A stretch of DNA of 53,140 bases from Candidatus Hadarchaeales archaeon (lineage in GTDB: Archaea > Hadarchaeota > Hadarchaeia > Hadarchaeales > JAWBSP01), in assembly GCA_038842485.1 (NCBI GenBank), contig JAWBSP010000007.1, positions 1-53,140 on the forward strand, written 5' to 3'. Positions within the stretch are counted from its first letter, which is position 1. Each line of letters begins with the position of its first letter. The notes under the pieces were generated by a model. It ran no database searches, had not been told where the DNA came from, and saw only the letters and a program-made list of their open reading frames with translations. Shown here piece after piece: positions 20,050 through 30,132 of the stretch. The position numbers and the translations under genes were made by a program.

Positions 20050-21354
20050 ATGGGAAGGTTGAAAATTACCCACTCGAGCGCGTCCATCACACCCGCTCTC
20101 GAGGGCACAAAAGTCACGGTTGGAGGGTTTGTAAAAAGTATAAGGGATCTGGGGGGCATACGTTTTTTTGTCCTGTATGACATGGAGGGGGAGCTTCAGG
20201 TCACCGCCTCCAAAGCCACCACCAGGCCGGAGGTCTTCACCAAAATAGGTTCCCTTACTCCAGAAAGCACGGTTGTGGTGGAGGGCAGGGTTAAAGTGGC
20301 GGAACAGGCACCCGGAGGAGTGGAGATCGTACCGGAGCGAATAGAGGTCCTGAGCCAGGCCGTGGTTCCCTTACCCCTCGATCCTTCTGGGAGGATCAAA
20401 TCAACCCTTGAAACACGACTCGGTGCAAGGGTGCTGGATCTCAGGCATCCCGTCAGAAGGGCGATTTTTAAGATAAGACACATCACGCTGGATGCGATTA
20501 GGAAGTTCCTCTCCTCCAATGGGTTTTTGGAGGTACATACCCCGAAGATAGTTGCCACGGCCACAGAAAGCGGGGCCGCGCTTTTCCCAGTTGCATACTT
20601 CGAGAGAGAGGCCTTCTTGAGCCAGAGTCCGCAGCTTTATAAGGAGATCCTCACCGGCTGTTTTCAAAAAGTGTTTGAGATAGGGCCCATCTTCCGGGCG
20701 GAGGAGTTTAACACGCCTAAGCATCTCAACGAGACCATTTCCGTCGATATAGAGGCCGCGTTTGCCGACTATGAGGAGGTGATGCAGCTCCTGGAGAAGC
20801 TTATTGCTGCGGTGTTTCAAGAGGTGGGGGAAAGAGCGAGGGAGGAGTTGAAGATTGTTGGAGTGAAGCTCAGCACACCAAAAATCCCGTTTGAGAGATT
20901 GACCTATCGAGAAGCGCTTGAACTTCTAGAGAAGAAGGGGGTAAAGGTGCCTTGGGGGGAGGATCTGCCTACTCCAGCAGAGAAAGCATTGGGGGAGGGA
21001 AGGGATTTCTACTTCATAACCCAGTGGCCAGCGGAGGTCAAACCTTTCTACGCCATGCCATGCGCTGAAAATCCCTCCCTCACCGAGACCTTTGACCTGA
21101 TGTGGAGAGACCTAGAACTGGCCTCGGGGGGGACCAGGATTCATCAGGCCGAGATGCTGGAGGAAAGGCTCAGAGCGAAGGGACTGAATCCGGAGAGCTT
21201 CGAGTCTCATCTCAAAAACTTCAGATGGGGGCTCGTACCTCCTCACGCAGGTTGGGGTCTTGGATTTGATCGGTTACTGATGGTTCTCACGGGAGAAGAT
21301 AACATCCGAGAGTGCGTGCTCTTTCCTAGGGATCGACACCGGTTGGTGCCCTAA
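20050..21354 (+). CDS. aspS: Aspartate--tRNA ligase, archaeal type, probably non-discriminating
   Basis: OB-fold N-domain with QAPGG (Pro typical of non-discriminating enzymes), LSQSPQLYK, FRAEE, PPHAGWGLGFDR. Confidence 0.93.
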   Translation: MGRLKITHSSASITPALEGTKVTVGGFVKSIRDLGGIRFFVLYDMEGELQVTASKATTRPEVFTKIGSLTPESTVVVEGRVKVAEQAPGGVEIVPERIEVLSQAVVPLPLDPSGRIKSTLETRLGARVLDLRHPVRRAIFKIRHITLDAIRKFLSSNGFLEVHTPKIVATATESGAALFPVAYFEREAFLSQSPQLYKEILTGCFQKVFEIGPIFRAEEFNTPKHLNETISVDIEAAFADYEEVMQLLEKLIAAVFQEVGERAREELKIVGVKLSTPKIPFERLTYREALELLEKKGVKVPWGEDLPTPAEKALGEGRDFYFITQWPAEVKPFYAMPCAENPSLTETFDLMWRDLELASGGTRIHQAEMLEERLRAKGLNPESFESHLKNFRWGLVPPHAGWGLGFDRLLMVLTGEDNIRECVLFPRDRHRLVP

Positions 21355-22089
21355 TCAGCCGATGTACCAGGTCTCCTCTGGTCGTGGCGTTTCTCTTCTT
21401 TCTATTTCTTTCCTCATTCTTTCGACCCACTCCTCCATCGCTTTAGCCTGTTGATCAAGCGTGCTCAAATCGAGCTTCAAGGACAAGAGTTCTGAAAGGG
21501 TCTCCAGAACAAGTTTTGCGGATTGGCTGTCCAATACGGGGTTTCCGGCCTCTGCCAACAGGCAGGCCCCTTTCATGCCTCTTACCCTCGCTAGCGAGAC
21601 GAGAAGGCCCGTGAGACCCACGATGGGACCCACTTGGAGTTTGGAGTTCCTAGAAATCTGAAGTTTGGGTTGGTTGGGAATCACCACAACTCTTGACTTT
21701 CCCTTCCAAGGGGAGGCTGGAATGAACCCGCCCAGCATGTATATCTCTTCAACACCTTGGGCCTCCATTGCCTCTAGGATCTTAGAGGCCACTTCATAGT
21801 GTCCTTCCGGGCTTGTAATCGGGCAGTCACCAGTCAAAATGAAATAGTCTCTCCCCTCCGCCTTGGCCCAGTAGAAGCTATGCGCGGGGAGTCTGAGTAG
21901 TCCGTTTTTTTCTAGGATGGTGTAATGGGGGAAGTGGGGTGAGAGCTGCTCTGCGAACTTTTGGGCGGAGAGTCTGGAAATTAAAAAATCCGAAGCCAGT
22001 TTTCCCACCTGTCCCACACCCGGCAGGCCGCCGATGAGGATGGGATTTTCCGCCTCTGGTTTGAAGAGGAATCTAACCGTTGAGTCCAT
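21355..22089 (-). CDS. PAC2-family proteasome assembly chaperone-like protein
   Basis: GLPGVGQVGKLA; C-terminal YIG; conserved position after nop10. Confidence 0.88.
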   Translation of the reverse strand: MDSTVRFLFKPEAENPILIGGLPGVGQVGKLASDFLISRLSAQKFAEQLSPHFPHYTILEKNGLLRLPAHSFYWAKAEGRDYFILTGDCPITSPEGHYEVASKILEAMEAQGVEEIYMLGGFIPASPWKGKSRVVVIPNQPKLQISRNSKLQVGPIVGLTGLLVSLARVRGMKGACLLAEAGNPVLDSQSAKLVLETLSELLSLKLDLSTLDQQAKAMEEWVERMRKEIERRETPRPEETWYIG

Positions 22090-22249
22090 TTAGTTTTTTG
22101 GCTTCCATCTTCATAAGCCTTCGGTATTTTCCGTATCGGTCTTCGGGAGAGAATCTGGGCGGATGCGGTGATCCCGTTCTTTCGCCGCAACTTGGACACC
22201 TTTCCCTGAGTGTATAGGTACCACAGGCCACGCACTTTCTGAGTCTCAT
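22073..22249 (-). CDS. nop10: H/ACA RNP protein Nop10
   Basis: Manual translation (58 aa, below the ORF-track cutoff): MRLRKCVACGTYTLRERCPSCGERTGSPHPPRFSPEDRYGKYRR. Confidence 0.95.
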   Translation of the reverse strand: MRLRKCVACGTYTLRERCPSCGERTGSPHPPRFSPEDRYGKYRRLMKMEAKKLNGLNG

Positions 22250-23031
22250 CTTCGGAATTCCGCTTCCCCCCCCGCTTCCTTCATCTTCTGAATGATCATC
22301 TGAGCAGCGCGCTCCAGCAACTCCTCTGCCTCCTTGTAAGAGGATCCGGTTGCTACCACCCGATACCTTGGGGAACCCACTAGGTAAAACTCAAGCCCCC
22401 CGCCGCCTTCCAGGCTTTTCTTGGTCTGGATCAGGACGTTCTTTATTACCTCGATTCCATCACTTCTTATGCACCTTAAGGAGAGCTCTCCTGTGACCCT
22501 ACAGACGGTGGGTTTGATCATGCTCTGAGCAGCGGAGCACAGCGCTTTTGACCAGCTCTCTCCCAGTTTTAGTTCCTTCAAGCATTCCCCCCCTGTTCTG
22601 GCGATCTCCGTGAAGGCACGGTGGAGCGAGCCGAATCTCCTAATGAGTGGAAAGCCGGCCTCCTCGTAGGCTTTCTTCTCACCCCTTCTGAGTTTTTTCG
22701 CCACGAGAAGGAGAAGCTTCTCGGCGTTTCTTTCGGCCTCAAATTCGCTCAGTTTCAGTTTCTTTTCGGAGGAGGTCACCCTTCTGAGCGAGAGATCAAT
22801 GGATCCCTTTCTCTCATCCACGGCTAGGACCCTGCAAACTACCCTCTGTCCCTCTCTGACGTGGTCCCTAATGTTTCTTATCCAGCCCGATGCTATCTCC
22901 TTAAGGTATATCATCCCCTCCTTCCCGCCGTACTCCTCTAGGGTTACGAAGGCCCCCTGCTCGAAAACCTTGGTGACGGTGCAGACGACGAGCTCATTTG
23001 GGGAGGGGAATTCAGCCTCTTTTCTCACCAC
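22246..23031 (-). CDS. eif2a: Translation initiation factor 2 alpha subunit
   Basis: S1 domain (FPSPNELVVCTV, EIASGWIRNIRD, KGSIDLSLRRV) and GSPRYR. Confidence 0.95.
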   Translation of the reverse strand: MVRKEAEFPSPNELVVCTVTKVFEQGAFVTLEEYGGKEGMIYLKEIASGWIRNIRDHVREGQRVVCRVLAVDERKGSIDLSLRRVTSSEKKLKLSEFEAERNAEKLLLLVAKKLRRGEKKAYEEAGFPLIRRFGSLHRAFTEIARTGGECLKELKLGESWSKALCSAAQSMIKPTVCRVTGELSLRCIRSDGIEVIKNVLIQTKKSLEGGGGLEFYLVGSPRYRVVATGSSYKEAEELLERAAQMIIQKMKEAGGEAEFRR

Positions 23032-23182
23032 TCCTGATCACCCCCAGAATCTCGGCTTTCCCCCCTCTCGGTGTGCTGAGCACCCTCCCGCAGATCTGGC
23101 ATTTAACTTCAGTGCTGGCATGACTGAAGATGAACTGCTCGTTCCCACATTCACACCTCACAAGAAGGAACTTCCCCGGCAT
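23012..23182 (-). CDS. rps27e: 30S ribosomal protein S27e
   Basis: Manual translation (56 aa): MPGKFLLVRCECGNEQFIFSHASTEVKCQICGRVLSTPRGGKAEI. Confidence 0.95.
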   Translation of the reverse strand: MPGKFLLVRCECGNEQFIFSHASTEVKCQICGRVLSTPRGGKAEILGVIRSGEKRG

Positions 23183-23460
23183 CAGGCCTTGATTTCAAAT
23201 TTTTTTGACCTAAATCCAGTTTTCTGGTGAGATTTCTTGCACTCCACGCATTTGAGAACCAAGGCGACCTTCTTGGAGGTCTTGGCAAATTTTCTCTGTT
23301 CCGAGCGGGGCTGGCTTCCATACCCCCGCATTATTCTCGCGAACTGTCTCTGTCCCAAGCTCAGGGCTCTGGGTGGCCTCTTTTTCAGGGTTGAGACCTC
23401 ATGCTCAGTATGCTTTCTGCAATGGGGGCAGTAAGTCCTGATTTTTGGCGGTATCTTCAT
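23182..23460 (-). CDS. rpl44e: 50S ribosomal protein L44e (eL42)
   Basis: RTYCPHCRKHTEH, GYGSQP, KTSKKVALVLKCVECK. Confidence 0.96.
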   Translation of the reverse strand: MKIPPKIRTYCPHCRKHTEHEVSTLKKRPPRALSLGQRQFARIMRGYGSQPRSEQRKFAKTSKKVALVLKCVECKKSHQKTGFRSKKFEIKA

Positions 23461-23462
23461 AA

Positions 23463-24005
23463 CTACTTGTGCCCCTGCTCGAAAAGCTCTTCTATCCTCC
23501 TTTCTACCTCTCCAACCAGCTCCTCCCTCTTCTCGGGGGTGACCTCCAAAATGGTCACATTTGGAAGCCTTTTCACCTCTCCGATGAATCCCACTTGGGT
23601 CTTTTGGTGGAGGGCGGCAAGCACGATTTTTGGCGATTCGAGTGCCGTGCGGACAAACTGGCAGAAGGCTGGACTGAGTACCTCCATGGGTCCAATTTCG
23701 TCGATGATCACCACTTGCAGCGAGGGGAGGGTTTCGAGCGCCCTCCTGCTTATTTCCTCCAAGTTCTGAAGATTCACGCCGTACTTGCTCACCCGCGGAC
23801 CCTTCTGTCTCACATGCGCGAGTATTCTTTCCTCACCGCTTGTCAGCTCGATCACCTTGAAGCCGAGTCTGCCGGAGGAACTCCTAATCTCAGGGCAGTA
23901 CAATCCGCCGACTCTGAATCCTTTTTTTCTCAGACTTTCCACCACCCTCATGATTACTGAGCTCTTTCCCGAACCCGGTCTGCCCGTGAGAAGCAGGTTT
24001 TTCAT
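23463..24005 (-). CDS. THEP1/NTPase_1 family nucleoside triphosphatase
   Basis: TGRPGSGKS, IIDEIGPME, RVSKYGVN. Confidence 0.9.
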   Translation of the reverse strand: MKNLLLTGRPGSGKSSVIMRVVESLRKKGFRVGGLYCPEIRSSSGRLGFKVIELTSGEERILAHVRQKGPRVSKYGVNLQNLEEISRRALETLPSLQVVIIDEIGPMEVLSPAFCQFVRTALESPKIVLAALHQKTQVGFIGEVKRLPNVTILEVTPEKREELVGEVERRIEELFEQGHK

Positions 24006-24036
24006 CCTCCTTTTAAACTTCCGGGAGAAAAGCAGG

Positions 24037-24480
24037 ATGCCAAGAAAAGCGGAGGAAACCCGCGTTTATCACCCGGAGGAACCAAAGTCCGCATCCACAG
24101 GCGTGCGGAGGGAAAGAAGGAGTGTTGCCGGCAGCATCTTGGGCATTCTGGGGGGTCTCATGGGAATCGTCGCCGCGCTGGGGGGTTTCGTAACTTACAT
24201 GGTGGGAGAAACTGGTGCTATTCCAGAGAAATACATGGGCCTCTTGGTTCCAAAACATATAGCTTTCCCCGCAGTGGGGGTACTCTTTGCCTTGTTGGGA
24301 GTTGTGGCGGGGGCAGCCTCACTCGACAACCCGAAAACCGCCGCCAAGCTCATGATTGTCAGTGCGGTGGGAGGGGTTGCCACCTCGTTGATTTTGTATG
24401 CCCCCGCAACGATTCTCCTCATTTGCGGAGCCTACTTCTGTCTTACCCCTGAGGGACCACCGCGTTGGTTGCCGATCTGA
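24037..24480 (+). CDS. Uncharacterised membrane protein (about 4 TM)
   Basis: ATG 24037 with TTTTAAA at 24011; Gly/Ala-rich hydrophobic segments. Confidence 0.7.
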   Translation: MPRKAEETRVYHPEEPKSASTGVRRERRSVAGSILGILGGLMGIVAALGGFVTYMVGETGAIPEKYMGLLVPKHIAFPAVGVLFALLGVVAGAASLDNPKTAAKLMIVSAVGGVATSLILYAPATILLICGAYFCLTPEGPPRWLPI

Positions 24481-24512
24481 GTTGAGTTTTATATTTCTCG
24501 CCGTAACGTCTG

Positions 24513-25742
24513 ATGCGAGCCAAACTTAGCCTTCTAATACTGCTCGCCTCTGCGTTCCTAGCGCCATCGATTTTGGCTCAGCAGAGTTCATCCCCCCTCT
24601 GGAGTTACGGAGCCGAGGATGGGGTGACCTCGGTCTCGATTTCTGGGAACGGCAGTTGGGTGGTTGGCGGCGGGCTGGAAACTAGTGTGTGGGTTTTCAG
24701 GAGAGAAAGCGGCACTCCCACATGGCAGTGGCGGCTTGGGGGCTACTCATATATCAATTCGGTAGCCATTTCCGCGGACGGCTCGCACTTTCTGGTGGGA
24801 TGCAATGATGGTAAGGTCCTGCTTTACCGGTGGGCAGCCGGTCAAGCGACTCCTGTTTGGGAGCGTCTGGATGAGGGGAGGAGAGTTTCTCCCTATCCCA
24901 GAGCAGTTGCCATCTCGGGGGATGGGTCTTGGTGCGCGGTTGGAACCACCAACGGTGAAGTAATTCTCTTCTCCAAGGAAAGTAGAGAACCCAAGTGGAT
25001 TGAAAAGTGCGGGAGCCAAGTCTTCTCAGTCTCGATTTCTAGGAACGGAAGGTATGTGGTTGCAGCGACGGACAATGGTGCCTTCGTCTTTGACAACAAT
25101 GGGAGGGTTTTCTCTTCACCCACAGGATTCTCCGTCGCAACGGCAATTTCCGATGATGGATCAATACTGGCGGTAGGCAACCGCGACGGGATGATCAGAG
25201 TCATGAGGCCCGACGGTAGCGTAGTGAAAGAGTTTCTCCCAGCCCTCTGTGTGTGGGCACTGGACATGAGTTCGGATGGGCGGTACATTTTTGCGGCCGT
25301 TTCAGGACAAATGGGAGGGGAAAGTGTGGGAAAAGTTCTCAAGTATACTCTGGAGGGAGAGATAGAAAGCCTCCTAGAAACCAAAACCCCCATGTTTTGC
25401 GTGGCCGCCAGCTCTGACGGTTCTAGGGTCTTCGCGGCCGACGACAGGAACACCTATTTCTTCGAGAACGGGCGTCAGGTTTGGCGCTCAAATGTGGTGA
25501 AGTCATTGTATGGGGCCATCGAGTGCGTGGACATTTCGGATGCAGGTGATTGTATGGTTGCCTGCACTGCCAGATCCGATACGGAGCATAAAGTGTACTT
25601 CTTCACGGCCGAGCCCCGCGCGGTTGCCGGTCCCGGTCTGGGCAGAACCAACATGATTTTGGTTGCCGTGTGTCTAGTGGTAGTAATACTTGCCGTGATC
25701 TTGGTCCTCAGGAGAAGGATTTTGAAGGAGATGGAGACTTAG
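24513..25742 (+). CDS. Secreted WD40/beta-propeller protein with a C-terminal membrane anchor
   Basis: Signal peptide, repeated (V/D)AISxDG blade motif, hydrophobic C-terminal helix followed by RRR. Confidence 0.85.
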   Translation: MRAKLSLLILLASAFLAPSILAQQSSSPLWSYGAEDGVTSVSISGNGSWVVGGGLETSVWVFRRESGTPTWQWRLGGYSYINSVAISADGSHFLVGCNDGKVLLYRWAAGQATPVWERLDEGRRVSPYPRAVAISGDGSWCAVGTTNGEVILFSKESREPKWIEKCGSQVFSVSISRNGRYVVAATDNGAFVFDNNGRVFSSPTGFSVATAISDDGSILAVGNRDGMIRVMRPDGSVVKEFLPALCVWALDMSSDGRYIFAAVSGQMGGESVGKVLKYTLEGEIESLLETKTPMFCVAASSDGSRVFAADDRNTYFFENGRQVWRSNVVKSLYGAIECVDISDAGDCMVACTARSDTEHKVYFFTAEPRAVAGPGLGRTNMILVAVCLVVVILAVILVLRRRILKEMET

Positions 25743-27499
25743 GCAGCCAGCGAGAGAACCACAAAAGCGACCACCATCATGAGTATGGAGTGTTTTAGCC
25801 CGGAGGAGAGGAGCCCAGTCGAGAATTGTCCGGCGATGAGTCCGGAGAATAGCGCTTGCAGGAGGGTGGCATGCCAGATTACTGGAGGAATTCCCCCCTG
25901 AAATTGAACGGTGGGCACTCCACCAATGGTTCCAGTAGTGGCGACCCCACCCATCGTTTCGGCTATCGAGGTGAATCGGGTCAGCATGATCATGCAGAAC
26001 AGAAAAACGGCGAAGGATATGTATACAATCAGAGCGTACGAGAACATGGAAGCCCATCTCTCCCGTTTGAGATTTCTGAGTTGTGTGGCGTCCGAGGCGA
26101 GTATCTGTAGCACATCCCCGATGTCATCTCTCGTCGTACAGGCCCTCCTCACCACGGCCATGGTTCTGGATAGGTAACTGTTTCCGCACTCTCTCTCCAC
26201 CTTCTCCAGTCCCATCACGGACGACTCCCCCCAGTTGACCGCCCTGATGAGTTTCTCCACCTCTCCGCCGAGGGGCCCGAGCTCCCTGGTGGGTATGAGC
26301 CTGATGGCGTGGGCAGGTGTAAGACCCGAGGAAGCAGAACTCGCAAAGGAGTGGAGAAAGTCTGGCATCACCTCTATGGTTTTTGCCAGCCTTCTTTCCC
26401 ACATCCAGTGGAAAACCGCGAACGGGATGGAGAAGATGAGGAAGGCAAAAAACAGAACCTGAAGATCGATGGCCCCGAGGTGAAGGGCGAGGAAGACGAG
26501 GGAGGCTCCGCCGCTGAAGTACATTACCTGTGATGGACGGTTTCTGAGGGCTCGGAGGGGATTCCTGAGGATTTCGGGTGTGAGCTCCATGGCAAGCAAC
26601 GATCTTAGCATTTTTCTCTCCGAGGGGTCCTGCGTTTTAATCCCGACGAAGTATTTTTTCTTCTCCACTTTTTTGCTGGTTACGACCCCGAAACTCTTCG
26701 TGCTCAAGAGGATGATGAAGAGGAGTGAGCCCAGCGGAATCAGAGCGTACGCCAGCACGTAGAGGATGAGCGTGGACGCGCCATAAAATGCTGTGACCGC
26801 CATCAGAGTGATTATCAAAATCAGGGGCGCGAAGAGCATCAGGATGACGTAAAATTCGGCGAAGAAGGCGAGCGTTTCCAGATGCCTTTTCTGGTCGATC
26901 TCCGCTGCTTGGTAAAGTTCCCTGCACTTGTGCGAGAAATATTCGGATAGGTCCGCCCCCGTCACCACCACAGGGATGAGGAACTCGATGAGTCTCCTGA
27001 ACTTCTCAGAGGGTGTGCTCTTAGCCAAGTTTCTCAGGGCTTCGATTGGGTCACTTCCCAGATAATCCACCTCTCTGACAAAGGCCGCGGCCTCCACCGC
27101 AACCTCTCCGTAGTCCTCCTTTTCCTGAGCAAGTGTCCTGAAAATTTCCGGCACCTCAAGACCACCCCTGCTCAGGGCATACATAAAGGCCGTGGCGGAG
27201 GGAAGCATCATGTCGATTTTTATCTCCCTCCCCTTCGCGGCACTCCATGGATACCAGAGGAAAATTTTCCATGTGAGATAGGCTAGGAGGGGAGAGAGGA
27301 CGGCCACGAGAAGCTTCGGGATCCACCCCGCTCCCGCCAGGCTCAGGATGGTGAAACCCACCGAGAACTCAAGGATCCCAACTAAAATGGAGAGGGAAAA
27401 AGCCCTTGAAAGGTAGTCTTCTAGGGAGACAGGCTTTCTCAACTTCCTGAGGGTCTGGCGCAGGCCGGAGTACTTTTCAAGGCTCACCGGTGGCAGCAT
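25739..27499 (-). CDS. Type IV pilus platform protein (PilC/TadC/ArlJ-like, two T2SSF domains)
   Basis: Multi-TM; DYLGSDPIEALRNLAKSTPSEKF; second domain MPDFLHSFASS..SGLT. Confidence 0.9.
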   Translation of the reverse strand: MLPPVSLEKYSGLRQTLRKLRKPVSLEDYLSRAFSLSILVGILEFSVGFTILSLAGAGWIPKLLVAVLSPLLAYLTWKIFLWYPWSAAKGREIKIDMMLPSATAFMYALSRGGLEVPEIFRTLAQEKEDYGEVAVEAAAFVREVDYLGSDPIEALRNLAKSTPSEKFRRLIEFLIPVVVTGADLSEYFSHKCRELYQAAEIDQKRHLETLAFFAEFYVILMLFAPLILIITLMAVTAFYGASTLILYVLAYALIPLGSLLFIILLSTKSFGVVTSKKVEKKKYFVGIKTQDPSERKMLRSLLAMELTPEILRNPLRALRNRPSQVMYFSGGASLVFLALHLGAIDLQVLFFAFLIFSIPFAVFHWMWERRLAKTIEVMPDFLHSFASSASSGLTPAHAIRLIPTRELGPLGGEVEKLIRAVNWGESSVMGLEKVERECGNSYLSRTMAVVRRACTTRDDIGDVLQILASDATQLRNLKRERWASMFSYALIVYISFAVFLFCMIMLTRFTSIAETMGGVATTGTIGGVPTVQFQGGIPPVIWHATLLQALFSGLIAGQFSTGLLSSGLKHSILMMVVAFVVLSLAA

Positions 27500-27501
27500 T
27501 T

Positions 27502-29160
27502 TTAGCTGCCTCGGGCCACCGACCTGATCTCCTGGAAGGCCCTTGGTGGATTGTAGTAATAGAGGTTTATGAGTCTAGAAACCTTCTCGTACTCGGTTAT
27601 ACCATGTTTGGCCAAGGTCTGGAGAAATTTGGCCCTGCGCTCGTACTCCTTCTCCAGCTCAAGCCTGTCCATATTCCTCATCCTACATATCTCTCTCCAG
27701 CTCGGGGGCTCAGCTAGTTCCTTGAAGGAGTCGGTTGGGGGATCCCAGCAGAAAAGTTCCACCAGCTTTACCTCCTTGGTGTGAGGACTCACCCCCACAA
27801 TTTCCGCCACCAGCTGATTCCTTCTGACCCTTTTTCTCCCCAAGTAGGCTAGGGTTTGCACGCAAATGATGTCAAGGGCCGAAATCATGGTGTGAGGAAC
27901 ATTCATGGGCTCGCTTTCCAACCGGAGAATCGCCTCTTGGATGCTGCCAGCATGCATGGTGCAATAAGTGGTGTGCCCGATGGAGAGAGCTTGGAACATA
28001 GCCATGGCTTCTTTTCCTCTAACCTCCCCCACGATTATACACTCGGGCCTCTGTCTCACCGCCTGTCTTACGAGTTCATGCATGTCGATGGTCATCGCAC
28101 CGGGAGCCTCCCTAGTCACCATGGGAACCCAGTTTTTCTGGTAGAGCGAGAGTTCGCGCGTCTCCTCTATGGAAACTATCTTGGCGTCTGGTGGTATGAA
28201 AAACGCTAGGGCGTTAAGGGTTGAGGTTTTCCCGGCCGCCGTGCCTCCTATCACCATAATGCTTTTCCTGTTCTCGGCTGCTATCCAGAGGTAGGCGAGC
28301 ATCTCGGCGCTGAAGGTCCCGAAGTTGATGAGGTCGACCGGGGTGAAGGTTCCGCCCATGAACTTCCTTATGGAGAGAGAGCTACCCTTGGCGCTTATCT
28401 CCGTTTGGAAAGTGGCCTGGAGCCTGTGTCCACCGGGGAGGGTTGCGTCGACCATGGGCTTGGAGAGCGAAACGTGTTTCCCGCTGCGTTCCACCAGCCG
28501 CATGACATAGGCGTTGAGTTCATCCTCTTCAAAGCAGAGATTGGTTTCCACGTTGTAGTATTTTCTGTGATATAGGAAAACGGGGACGTTGGGGGCATCG
28601 CACGAAATGTCCTCCACCTGTGTGTCTCGGAAGATGGGGTCAAGCTTGCCGAAACCCAAGATTTCCCTTTTCAGAAAATAGAGCAGCTTATGGTACATTT
28701 TCGGTTCCTTGATCTTTAGCTGCTGGGCCAGTTTCTCGAACTCTTTTACTAGGACTTTCTCCGGCTCCCCAGAGACTTGGTAGGGCAACCTGTCGTACAG
28801 CTCTTCTTTCATTTTTCCCAGCAATGCGCGTTCTAGAGGGGTGAGCTGGGGTTCCACCACTTGGTAGAGGGTTTTGCCAGTTTTTTTGTCCTCCAATATG
28901 ACGACAAAGGCATAGGGCTCATCCAGCCAATATCGCTCAAGTTCCGTGTGGTCCTCTAACAGCTGAAAGGAGAGAAGTGGGCCGAACTTGATGGGGTCAT
29001 AGGTAGAGGGTGGGGGAGAGAGATGGTCGCTCTCCCTGAGTATTTTTTCCCCGAACTTCAGTTTTAGTTCTTCTAGTTCTTCATCCTCCCTTAATCTCAG
29101 TCCTGCTCCTTTCGCCACTAAAAAATCGGGGTCTCGGATTTTATCTCTAGCGAAAAACAT
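27502..29160 (-). CDS. Type IV pilus assembly ATPase (PilB/ArlI/VirB11 family)
   Basis: GGTAAGKT, SIEETREL, RQRPECIIVGEVRG, GHTTYCTMHA. Confidence 0.93.
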   Translation of the reverse strand: MFFARDKIRDPDFLVAKGAGLRLREDEELEELKLKFGEKILRESDHLSPPPSTYDPIKFGPLLSFQLLEDHTELERYWLDEPYAFVVILEDKKTGKTLYQVVEPQLTPLERALLGKMKEELYDRLPYQVSGEPEKVLVKEFEKLAQQLKIKEPKMYHKLLYFLKREILGFGKLDPIFRDTQVEDISCDAPNVPVFLYHRKYYNVETNLCFEEDELNAYVMRLVERSGKHVSLSKPMVDATLPGGHRLQATFQTEISAKGSSLSIRKFMGGTFTPVDLINFGTFSAEMLAYLWIAAENRKSIMVIGGTAAGKTSTLNALAFFIPPDAKIVSIEETRELSLYQKNWVPMVTREAPGAMTIDMHELVRQAVRQRPECIIVGEVRGKEAMAMFQALSIGHTTYCTMHAGSIQEAILRLESEPMNVPHTMISALDIICVQTLAYLGRKRVRRNQLVAEIVGVSPHTKEVKLVELFCWDPPTDSFKELAEPPSWREICRMRNMDRLELEKEYERRAKFLQTLAKHGITEYEKVSRLINLYYYNPPRAFQEIRSVARGS

Positions 29161-29222
29161 GTACTAAGCTTCTGGCCAGACGTACCCTTCACAACAGGCA
29201 CATGGCGAAATCGAAGGGCGGT

Positions 29223-29930
29223 TCACCCACCGGCTGTGAGTCTGAGAGAAATCTGCTTGAGCGCCTTGGAGGCGGCAGACTTTGGTTTCATCAGAATGAT
29301 GGGTCTGCCGGCCGCGACGGATTTTCTAATTTCCTCCTCTTCTGGAACGGCACCCACCATTTCCACTCCCAACTGTTTTGCGATTTGGGAGGGCTCATCC
29401 CCTCTCCCGAAAAAGCCCTTCCTCACCCTGTTTACAATAACTCCTAGAACAGGTCTGTCAAGGAGCGAGGCGACGGCTTTGGTCTTGAGGGTAGCCGAGA
29501 TGGAAGGAGACTCCGGTGTAGTGACGAGGATTATGCGGTCGGCGCACTTGAGGGGTATGATGGAGTTCCTGCTTATGCCGGGCGGGGTGTCGAGGAGGAT
29601 CACTTCGTAGTCCTTTGAGATTTTTCTTAAAACTTGCGGAAGGCGTGCTATCTCCGCCTTAAGGAAGCCCTTGAGGGAGAGTCCTGCCGGAAGTACATCC
29701 AGCTTCTCCCTAGAACGATAGATGCAGGACCGGGGGTTTTTCTCCCCAGCAAGAAGGTCATGAAGGGTGTTCTTAACTTCCTTTAACCCAAGATGGAGAG
29801 CTAGATTGCCCGATGCCAAATCGGTGTCGACTAGCAGGGTTCTCTTCTGGTCGGAAACCGCAATCCCAAGGTTGGCCGCGAGGGTGGTTTTACCGACCCC
29901 TCCTTTTCCAGAGGCGAGCGCATAAATCAT
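29223..29930 (-). CDS. minD: MinD-family ATPase
   Basis: ASGKGGVGKTT, DTDLASGNL, LLDTPPG. Confidence 0.9.
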   Translation of the reverse strand: MIYALASGKGGVGKTTLAANLGIAVSDQKRTLLVDTDLASGNLALHLGLKEVKNTLHDLLAGEKNPRSCIYRSREKLDVLPAGLSLKGFLKAEIARLPQVLRKISKDYEVILLDTPPGISRNSIIPLKCADRIILVTTPESPSISATLKTKAVASLLDRPVLGVIVNRVRKGFFGRGDEPSQIAKQLGVEMVGAVPEEEEIRKSVAAGRPIILMKPKSAASKALKQISLRLTAGG

Positions 29931-29978
29931 CATTTGTTAAAAACAGCTTGGCTTATACAGCTAATTTTTTGTTTCTTG

Positions 29979-30125
29979 ATGGGGCGGGTTCCAAGCGAGA
30001 AGGCAAAAGGTTACAGGTGCAAGAATTGCTCTTACATTTTTTCGGAACCCTCCCTCTTTCTTGAAAAAGGGGACAAACTCTTGCTGTGTCCATTCTGTCG
30101 CTCGCGTGAGATTCAGAAGTTGTAG
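29979..30125 (+). CDS. Small zinc-ribbon protein (48 aa)
   Basis: YRCKNCSYIF...CPFCRS; ATG 29979. Confidence 0.65.
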   Translation: MGRVPSEKAKGYRCKNCSYIFSEPSLFLEKGDKLLLCPFCRSREIQKL

Positions 30126-30132
30126 AACGCTA

